NCBI GenBank assembly: GCA_021613535.1
Contig: CP075492.1
Location: 8,680,001-8,744,000, forward strand
Source: Adineta vaga
Lineage: Eukaryota; Animalia; Rotifera
Length of the DNA stretch: 64,000 nucleotides
Direction: 5' to 3'
Of the stretch, positions 53,928-64,000 are shown piece after piece. The position numbers and the translations under genes were made by a program. Positions within the stretch are counted from its first letter, which is position 1. The number at the start of each line of letters is the position of its first letter. Below the pieces are notes generated by a model that saw nothing but the letters and a program-made list of their open reading frames with translations, ran no database searches and was not told the DNA's origin.

Positions 53928-56000
53928 TCATTCGAGGATTTTAATGTTTGCATTTCTTCTGCATTTATTTGTAAATGTTGATCTTTCTTCATTTTTTTCG
54001 ATCGAAAATATAAAATCCACAGTTGCACTAAATGTCCACCCATGATCAAACATAGGATTAAAATAACTAACCAAGCCTAAAATAGATTATTTTCATTTCG
54101 TACAATTGAATTTCTTCTTCGTCTTCTTAATGAAATCCTTACTCGCCAAGTATATTGAGGATCTTTTGCTAAACGTACTAAACCATACGTAGCAAAACTA
54201 ATAATTCCAGCTATTGTCCACATAACTCCAAGTAGAGAACCGATGAATTGTGGTGGAAAACTTTGAAGAGAGAGGAAAAAAAACAAATCATATATAAACA
54301 AATTTTTTAAGTGTATTCTTACACAGTAGCAATCAATGCTTGACTTCCAGCAACGAGCATTGTACGTGAAAAAAGTAAAATAGCCAAAGTGGTTAAAGCA
54401 GCACTAATTGAATTAAACATACAAACAATACAAAGTGCAATAGATGCAATCCAAGTCAATGTTTGTAATACTGATATATTCAACATTTTCTGTGAATAGC
54501 CTTGAACAGAAAACAAAGTTTTCGATTAATTAAAAACGAAAACAAATGAAACTTTAACATACCACGAGAACCTCTAAAATCCACAATCAAACCACATAAT
54601 GGAGCAATAATAATACTAGCTACAGCACTGATACTGTATAAAAACGTGTAACGAATTGCTAGAATAAGAAAAATAATAAAAAAAGCTTATCAATATGATT
54701 TTATCGATGGAATTTACTTGAAGGTTCGTTTCCTCCAGTTAAGTACATAAGCCACGGAAACCAGATAACGGGAAAAAATGAAATTGTCAATAAGAGACAA
54801 CTGAGAAAAAGTGTCACAACGATAAATAATGGGTTAGTTAAATGTCGACCTAATTTATCTTCCGATTTAGTCGCAACAACTATATAAACAAAACCAATCA
54901 AATATATTTTATTGATACAATGGTATCTTTACTAACTTTCTTGTCGAGTTGCTTTCACTTTCAATTTTGAGTCAATCCATGGAAAACGCCAATCGAGAAA
55001 AAGAAAAGCACTTCCGAGCATCAAAAATGCAAATGAAGCCCAAATAAAAGACAACGTTGAAAGGGTTACGATTCGATTATCAATTAAAACCTATAGAGAA
55101 AGAATTAATCAATATTATCATCAAAATAAGAGAATCGTGAAATTCATACTTGAAAGATTGCATACCAAATCGAACCAGCTAGTTGTGCACCTGATATCAA
55201 AGCTCTAAAATAGAAACATTACGTCTTTTTTTCTGAGTCATACAAAATAAACTGACGTCACAAGGCCTCGATTTTGTGTAAAATGTGCTGCAATACTGAA
55301 TGATGATAAAAGAGTACATATTCCAGCAAGAGATAAAGCTATTGTATGAAAGAAAATTAACCAATCACGACCTAGAAAAAAGAGATTTATTCAACATAAT
55401 GAATATTTCGAAATTCTTTGTTTACCAGGAACAGTAAAACCAAGAGATAACCAACTGATCAAATGAAACACACTATAACAATGTATAATGATAATAATCT
55501 TAATAAACTTTAAAGAAAAAATGTTTTGTTTCTACATTGCGATTAGCTTTAATGATCTCGGTCCGAAAAAATCATTAATCATTCCAATAAACACAGCCGG
55601 TAAATTATAAAATCCAATTCCCAAAGCAAAAGCAAGCTAAATTCAATAGATATCTCTAACTATCACAATCGTCTTAACTAACTTGATATTCAATAGTTCG
55701 ACCAGGACAATCTTTACTCTTCGTATTCGTTTCATCCAATACTTCTATACATTTCGATCCATAAATACCCTTTTCCTTTAATACACTGAATAAGGATGCA
55801 AATCCGAAAATACTAAAAAATAAAAGGATTATTTTATTTCTCTTTTCTTTCTGTTCATACTTTCCGGCAACGAGATTGCATTCAATCAGAATCCAAATCA
55901 ATGCAATGATTTTCAATGATGACTTAGGATCTTTCTAAAAAATTTTCAAACTTCTTCGATGTACATATGAAAAAAATTTTCCTTTTACCGTATCCATCAT
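53928..56000 (-). CDS. SLC43-family (LAT3/LAT4/SLC43A3-like) MFS transporter
   Basis: ECNLVAG..IFGFASLFSVLKEKGIYGSKC, LAFALGIG...IGMINDFFGPR, IAPLCGLIVDF and FPPQFIGSLLG; many TM exons. Confidence 0.82.
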
Positions 56001-58056
56001 AAATTGACTTTGGTTAAATAACTATGAGCACGTCTTTAATGAAAACCAGATAAGAAGGAATAATAAGTTTGTGTTTTTTCTTTCTCTCTTACTATACTCA
56101 TGGCATCATTTGCACTCGTCGAGTCGAAGAGAAAAAACATTCCAAGGTCTTTATTTTTGTCTGTAGTTAGAATTCTATTCATTGTGTCTTGTAGTCAAGA
56201 TACAGAACGAAGAACGGTAGAATAGAAAGACATTCCGCATCTGAGAAAAGAAAAAGCACAGAACAGAATAGGAGCAGAAGAAAAAACAAATAATCTTATA
56301 CAATTATTGATTATTGATGTTATTATGTAAATAGTAAAAATTGAACTAAGCGGGAAAAAAAGAATACTTATCGATAAAAAATTTGATTAAGAAGATTGTT
56401 TGTTTTGTACTATCAAACTTTTTTTTCCAGTACGGATTGTTTGTTTAACCAGAAGGACGTAAAAATACTGATTAAAAAGAGAAATGCATATGAGTATGAA
56501 TAATTTTCATTCATTTTTCATCGAGTGAGAATACCAATTGAGGATGATACAGAAGAAAAAAAAACAGAAGATGTTTTTATAGTTAATGTCAACGTCACGT
56601 ATTTTGATTGGAATATATCATAAAAGAATAATGTTGTGTATGACGTACAAGTCAATTATAACTCATTATGAATAAAATAAACTTTCAATGATTGCTTTTC
56701 GAGAAAGAAAAATGATAAAACAAATGTCATTCTTATTAACAATATAAAACAATCTTCTCAAAGGAGATTGATAACTTCGGTAGATATTTATATGAATCAA
56801 ACAATCAGATCGACGAAGATACATGTGTATAATTGCTAGCTGAAAATTGTTTTCGATTGAATAATTATTTTGTTTTTTTTCGATTATCTATAATTATCAA
56901 CATCTGTAGAACCATTCGTCCTCATCTCCTGTAGTTGTCAGTTGTACATTATGTTGTGTTTCTGATACCACATTCCAATCCAAACGTCGTACTTGATTTA
57001 GATACAGTTAACATTTAGTTCTTTTAAAAAAATGGCTACTTGATTTTCGAAGGTTTGTCTCACTTTCTTTTATCCATGTTAAATAAGTGTTAAAGGATAA
57101 ATCGATTGAGAATGTTCGTACTAATAAACTTTTCTCTAGAGTCGACAATAAGTGCAAAATTCGATACTGAAATTAGACGACCTTGTAATGTAATAGTTTC
57201 AAAAGATGTTGTTCATTCTTAGTTAATACCATTCGATTTTCGTGATATAGAGTTTGAAACATCAAAAAGAAAGATCATTAACGAAACTCGCAATTGTATG
57301 TGTGATTGATTTCATATAACGAGAATTTGATAACCTATAAATACATTTCTTAGAAAACCTTGGTATATACTAATAAATTACAATAGAAATCCTTTTTGTT
57401 TTGATAAACATATTCAATAAGTCACACTCTCAAAAGTGTCAGTTTGTTTAAATTCGATATTTTTCTCTCAAAAGACTGCGTCAAATATCATGGATCAGTG
57501 TATAGACGGTGAATCTTTGGTCCATTCTCAATCGAGTAAATATTTCTCTGACCTTTTCACCCAATGTTTATATCAAACACAACCTAAGTTTTGTGCGTCA
57601 TAAATATCGTTTTTTAACACACTAATCGTGACCCTATTTGTCTGTTAGTATGCTCTAATTATATTGCCGTGAATCGTGTCATTTGATGAATCATGATTCA
57701 TTGTATATACGAAATATTATCGAAACGAAGACAGAACCTTTCACGGATCATGCTTCAATAGTTTTACGGTTAAACATATTGAGAGAAAAAAAACCCAAAG
57801 AGAACGAAAAGAAAAACGTAATTTATAACTTGGTTAGGATGTACATTATACCGGAATACATTTCAAATGTTTATCGTATTCAAATAGAAAAGAATAACAA
57901 AGTGGTGTATTGCACGTGATTATATTGCTTGGTTACTTTAGAATACGTTGAAAGATAAGAATTGTAACTTGTTATCAAAGTAAAGCTTTCTTCAATAAGA
58001 AAGTCAACAATGGCAGATGGTAAGAATATACATATTGTTTCATATTCAATTATGAT

Positions 58057-60432
58057 ATGACTGCAGCAGGAGACAAATCTGATGGAAGCTCGAAACAATT
58101 TGAAGTTGAAGAACAAACGGAATTAATGTACAAAGATGATACGATATGGACTGCAGTGTTTAGTGCTGATAAGAGTGCAATTGAAATGTTGATTAAAGAA
58201 GATTCTGATGTCATTAATTCACGAGGTGCTGTTGGTGAATGTCCTATTCATATGTTGTTTTTATGTGGATCAGATGCACATTTGGAAATTGCACGCGATC
58301 TTATTTTACGTTTTCCAAGCACTGTAACGCAAATTTATCATAAACCAGTTAGAATAGATTTTATTGTTATTCTAACTTCATAATTGTTGTCAATTCTTTA
58401 GATTTATTATGGTGAAAATATTCTTCATATCGCTATTGTTAAACGAAATCCAACGATGGTTGAATGGTTACTTGGTACTGAAGAATTAGAACCTTACCGT
58501 AAAGAATTATTGACAGCTCGAGCTACTGGTGATTTCTTTAAGATGTAAGTCATACTATTACTCTTATTTTCTCGATTTTGATTTTAACATTCAGAGGACA
58601 ACCATCATATTATGCAGAAAGTCCGTTAGGTTTTGCTTGCGGTACTAATCAATGGGATGTAGCAGAAATTCTATTAAAATATGGTGCAGATATGAATGTG
58701 GTAAATATATCTCTCTCATACAGAAGAATTTCTTCCTACTAATAAATTTTAGATCGATAGTAATGGTAACAATATTTTACATATGCTTGTCATTTGTAAT
58801 TTACCTGAAATCTTTGCAAAATTCAAAGCACGCTGGTTAGAACAAAAAGTATCAGTACAAATATTTGATACAATGAAGAGTCACAAGAATAAATCCAAAA
58901 AAATGAAAGAAACAAATTTATGGAATCGATTAAATGATAATAGTTTAACACCTTTAACATTAGCAGCTGATCTAAGTCGTATACAAATGTTATCATGGTT
59001 ACTAAATGAACGTAAAATTGTTCAATGGTCCTATGGAGATGTTTCATGTGTTTTACATCCACTCGATCAACTTGATATTGGTTTTCGTGATGAAGTAAAC
59101 TATCCGTTTTGTAGTTATTTTCTTTGATTTATGGAATTATTCTATTTAGGAAAAAACGCAAGCACTTAGTGTATTAGAAGTAATTATAAAAAATAATGAT
59201 GCAGAATTAGTTCATCCAATTATAACATCTTTAATTGATAAAAAATGGAAACATTTTGTTCATCGTGTACTTGTTAAACGATTTACGATAACCTTCATCT
59301 ATTTGATAATTTTTCTTCTAACAACAATTCTAGAACAATCGCGACCAGAAAAAGTAATTTTATAATATATTTAATTATTTATTTGATATATTTCTAGTCA
59401 GAAGAAGGAGAAGAAGAAAATGATGAAGTAGCAACAGCAGATTTCGAGAAGTCGGAGTCAACTCGGCGAATCTTCTGTGCTATTGGTCATGTGATTGTAA
59501 TAGCTGGTGCTCTGTTCAAAGCTGGACGTGAACTTAGAGAGATATCTACAATGGGTTTACGAAATTATTTGAATACTACGGTAGATCATCTTCTCGAAAT
59601 GAACTGTCACTAATCTGATTGATTTTTCGATTTAGGGATCTATTTTCCTTGAAAATTGTCTAGCATCTTCATTTTGTATTTGCATTATTATTGTTCAAAT
59701 TCTTCGATTATTTGCTATGGAGAATGATGCAGTCATTCTTGCCTTTGCATCTCTTCTCGGCTGGGGTTATATGTTCTTTTTTACAATGCCATTTCGATTT
59801 ACAGGTCCATTTGTAATCATGATCTATAAAATGTTATTTAATGACGTATTACGATTTTGTATAATTTATACGATATTTCTTGCTGGCTTTTCACAATCAT
59901 TCTTCGTATTATTTAATGAAAATGGTAAAGTACACAAGAAAACAAAACGAATGATTTAGTTAAAGATTTTCATTCATTTAGGTTTTCATGGTTATATGAC
60001 AACGATTAAACAATGTTTTCTAGGTTTATTGGGTGATTTTGATTTAGACTTTTATATCGAAGGAACACATCCATTTATCAGTGTCTCACTTCTAATCTTC
60101 TATGTCGTAGTTGTAACAATTCTTCTATTAAATTTACTCGTTGCCATGATGGGTGATACATATGCAGATGTAAAAAAAAGTGCAAAGAAACTTTGGTTTG
60201 TTATATGTACACTAAATAAATTCTAGTTCTTTGTTTCTTTTTTTTTCTATTTATTAGGCATCTGGAAAGAGCACGTATTGCATTAGATGTCGAAAATAAT
60301 ATGTCAGCAAACGAACGAAAACTAAAAGCGCATAAATATTGGGTTGATGTTCAAGGAGAACGTTATTTACAAGTTGAACAAGTGAATAATACACTTTTCG
60401 AAACGAAAGATGATGAAGAAGATGATGATTAA
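58057..60432 (+). CDS. TRPV-family cation channel (TRPV5/6-like)
   Basis: Ankyrin repeats (RGAVGECPIH, YYGENILHIAIV, YYAESPLGFAC, GNNILHML, LTPLTLAA); TGPFVIMIYKMLFNDVLRF; S6 LLNLLVAMMGDTY; TRP box KLWHLERARIAL. Confidence 0.92.
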
Positions 60433-60558
60433 AAGAACAAAAGCTCATGAATACATAATCATACGATTTTATAAATCGATTATTTAATTTTTATCTAGTA
60501 TGAATAAATAATGTATGTAAAGAATGTTTATTTTAAAAACAAATCTAATATCTGAACA

Positions 60559-60972
60559 TCAATCATAATAATTCTCTGGACGAAGTGGTGGTAAATTCCT
60601 TTCATATTCTCTTCCTTTTCTCACATGCATTTTCTTCTGTCCACCACCGACGATTTCGTTAGGTTTGGGATTCATTTGTTTTATATCTTGTCGTATTGTT
60701 TCCATAACATCGATATCATCTGGTATGCGAACATATCGAACATTTGTATATCGAATATAGAGACGATGAAATGATATAGGTTTATGAATTGGTCGAGACA
60801 TTGTCACTTGAGATAATTGAATATTATGATTAACATCAATATCAATAAGAATACCGACAAGCATAATACCACCATAAAGATCAATTTGTGTTCGTTGTCC
60901 AATAAGACATCGAAGAAATCCGAGTAATGTTCGACAAGATTCTTTTTTATATTTTCGATTTAAATTCGACAT
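60559..60972 (-). CDS. LSM10: U7 snRNP-specific Sm-like protein LSm10, intronless CDS
   Basis: Sm fold with LSm10-like RTLLGFLRCLIGQRTQIDL...GILIDIDVNHNIQL...NVRYVRIPDDIDVMETI. Confidence 0.8.
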   Translation of the reverse strand: MSNLNRKYKKESCRTLLGFLRCLIGQRTQIDLYGGIMLVGILIDIDVNHNIQLSQVTMSRPIHKPISFHRLYIRYTNVRYVRIPDDIDVMETIRQDIKQMNPKPNEIVGGGQKKMHVRKGREYERNLPPLRPENYYD

Positions 60973-61148
60973 ATCTGTATGGAAGGAAAATAAAGAGAGA
61001 TTGTTTCAACATGTTTTTATTGTACGTCAAACTGAAATGAGAATTTTTGATTTTATTTCAAGTAAAACTTCATAATAAAAAATGCACAGAACAATGAACA
61101 TCACAAATTGCTGAGAGAAAATTTAAAAACAAAAAAAAAATGTGAGAT

Positions 61149-63263
61149 TCATGTTTCCTCATCACGTTCGAACAATTTCTCCGGATCAGGAATACCATGT
61201 TCATCAACATTATCAATTAAATCGCAAAACACTGGACTTTCAACCTAAGCAAAGCAAAAACAAATCATTCGCAATATTAAAATAGGATTTGATCTTCATA
61301 CTCCAAGCACATAAGAACAAGTTTGTGGCTCAACAAGATACATTGTTGCAATAAGAGATTTATCATGTTTTTTTGCACATCTAAACAAATAAAAACAGGT
61401 TAGCATTTAAAAATTTTGTTTGTTTCTTTCTCTACTTTAATTTAATTTCGACAACACGTCGATCATTGGTCAATTCACAAACATCGCCATCGGTGTAATA
61501 CAATGAAACATATCTAAAGATTAGATCAATAATACAATCGAACTATTGAATGTTAGATATACATACTGTCGCTCTTGGTTATTTTGATTTGATCGTTTGT
61601 CAGAATTAGAATGTATCCATTCAATATGTTTCTCACGATTCCATAAACCAAGTAGAATGGATGTTCGTTGTTCATTTTCTTCCTAAAGAAACGAAACAAA
61701 TTTAAAATGTCATTTCTTTGCTAAAAAAAATTGATTTTACATGAAATTGTATGACATGTTTTCCATAACAGATTTCATATTGCCACCAATCCGATCCACT
61801 CGTAAGACACTCTTCACCAGTCAAGAATTTTTGAAGAAACTCTTGATGAACTATTTCAGGCGATTTGTTTTCAGGTTCACTTGAAGTTGATGGAGTAACT
61901 GTATGGGATGTGTCACTATTTGTATTATCAGGCATTTCTTTTACATCAGCTTCATTTGAATATTGATATGAAATAATGAATGTTGTACCATCGGCATTTG
62001 TCATCTAGATACAAGTTTTTGAAAAAGACTTTAAACTATTGATAGAAAAGAGAACGTACGGTGAATTGCGCACTGCCACTCTTTCTGATCGATGATTCAT
62101 GTTCATGTTCAAGTCTTGCTAAATTTCGTGGTCGTCGACCAACATTTTCATGTGGATAACAATTTATTTTATATTGACTTGGTTCTACCAAACTAAAGAA
62201 AATAATTCCAATATCATTCTTTGTAAACCTAACAGCTTTATATATTTTTACTTAAATGCAGATATTTTACAAAGTTGTGGTGAAGCAATAACTATTTCAT
62301 AGTGACATGATGATACTTCTTGAATACTCATAATTCCATTTCGACCATTTTCATGACACACTAAACGAAAAAAGACTCCATTTTTCTTCGCCTATCAATA
62401 GAATTCTCGATCTTACTATAGAGTACAACTGTTTCACGTGGACTATCTGAATTTAAGTCACAATTAGTTCCATGTGTATAACGAACTTCCAACATTGGCA
62501 TTTCACGATTATCAAATGTTTTATAAAGAATCTATATAACATTCAATTTCATAAAAATAAGCTTGAAAAAGATTGATTTAAATCTTTTACTCGAGTGACT
62601 GCTTGATCTTGATCATTGACGAGTTTTTCTTGACTAGCTGCATGATAATAACCGAGAAAATATTCTTGATGCATTGTTTTCTATTCAAATCTATATTGAT
62701 GATCATCAAACAAAAAAAAGAATTATTCTTACTTTGCCTGCTACTTTTGTTTCATGATATTGTCGAATATGCATTCCATGACATAATTCATATGTCCAAT
62801 ATGGATCTAACTGTAGAATTGTGAATTATAGATGAATACCATGATTTTAATTCATGTTTAAACTTACGCGATAAGTGCATGTTGTTGCTGCTTGAGAATG
62901 TAAATTTTGAAAGAATGATTCTAATTCCGTATTCAAAATATAATCTGGTAATGTCTATCGAGAACGAGGATAGATGTTGCAATGAAAGGAAAAGAATTCT
63001 TATTTACTGTATCTGTGGATTGAGTTGTTGGTAAAACACAAGAATATGTTTCTTTTCGTTTGGACGTGAAGATAAAACTATTTGCTAAATCCAATGACTA
63101 AAAATAAATTCTAATGAATAAAACGAGATAGGGTTGTTCAATGGTATACGGAAGTGATTTCTCGTTGCCATTTTATATCATAGAGTATATCATCGTCTAA
63201 GATGGTTTGCGTGAACGAAATGAACAAGATTATTGCGAGAATTGATTGGAAGAACAACGACAT
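61149..63263 (-). CDS. ERLEC1: Endoplasmic reticulum lectin 1 (XTP3-B/erlectin), two MRH domains
   Basis: Signal peptide [14 protein letters not shown]; DDILYDIKW; [17 protein letters not shown]; [16 protein letters not shown]; [10 protein letters not shown]; EPQTCSYVL; ESPVFCDLI. Confidence 0.9.
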
Positions 63264-63509
63264 TATTATTGATCTGTCAAGTAAGGATTGATCATTTTTG
63301 CACACTCGAATGAATTAGCTCATCATCATTTATTTCCTGTAAGCGAAGCATTGGGTTATAGAACGATCCAATGATGCTTTGAAGCGACCTCTTTTCCAAA
63401 TGTATCGATCATAACACATATCAATCAAAGTTTATTAGTCAATAAAAGAAAAACGTCTATTTCTAGTAAATTCTACTCTTGTCAACAGAATTCCAAAGAA
63501 TGACTAAAG

Positions 63510-64000
63510 TTACATAGATTCAGATTCACTAGTGTGAAAGTTTATACATGTTTCAGTAGCAATCGCCAGTATATCCGATGTGAATTGATTAATACGATAT
63601 GGAGTTGGTTGATATGTAATTCGTTGAATTAATTTTCCATCTGCAGATACATGCAATAAGTGATTTCCATGCAAATCCGGAATTAGCCATTCATTTGATT
63701 CAATTGAACAACAGCGTAGCGCAGTAGTTTTATCATAATTAGTATGTAGGACAAATGACCAAATTTGATGAAATGTTTTAGTCGACCGCAAATCGACACG
63801 TATCGTTTTTTTCGTTCTATTTCGAATTGATAGTACCAATGTTCCATTGTTGTAAACAATACTTTCGATAAATTCATCCGCTGCACATGTTTCAGGTGAT
63901 TTCCATTCTTTGATGATCATCATTGGTGACGATAGTCCTATTTGTACGATCGATGAGCCCCATTCTTCCGTTGATAAGTATAGATATTCATGTGAACAAG
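63510..64000 (-). CDS. 3' part of an orphan beta-rich repeat protein, runs off the window edge
   Basis: Open frame from the window end to stop 63510 (EWKSPETCAADEFIESIVYNNGTL...RCCSIESNEWLI...LLHVSADGKL). Confidence 0.65.
   Translation of the reverse strand, partial: CSHEYLYLSTEEWGSSIVQIGLSSPMMIIKEWKSPETCAADEFIESIVYNNGTLVLSIRNRTKKTIRVDLRSTKTFHQIWSFVLHTNYDKTTALRCCSIESNEWLIPDLHGNHLLHVSADGKLIQRITYQPTPYRINQFTSDILAIATETCINFHTSESESM

Overview
This is AT-rich, intron-rich animal DNA with many 45-100 nt GT-AG introns, so the ORF track shows exon fragments, and I assembled gene models by eye. Compactness, intron size and gene content (orphan intronless GPCR, secreted Apple/PAN protein, intronless GH43 glycosidase) suggest a bdelloid rotifer, which is an inference. 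The window has three zones. (1) 4.5-27.3 kb holds conserved genes: protocadherin-like, an orphan, LRRC27-like, tailless/NR2E1, radial spoke head RSPH4/6, and a tightly packed ACAT1-DTD2(ATD)-TOP3A run. (2) About 27.4-47 kb is an accessory island with orphan genes, a probable horizontally acquired GH43, a GPCR and transposon relics. (3) 47-64 kb holds secreted/membrane orphans, a serine protease, an SLC43 transporter, a TRPV channel, LSM10, ERLEC1 and a partial orphan. The strongest novel signal is a cluster of four orphan genes built from short symmetric exons in which all 28 modelled introns are phase 1, a micro-exon-gene-like system. Other highlights are operon-like gene runs with acceptor sites right after poly(A) signals, a candidate 1-nt poison exon in tailless, and a dual start with an overlapping uORF in TOP3A. 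No database searches were possible, so all identities rest on recognised motifs.
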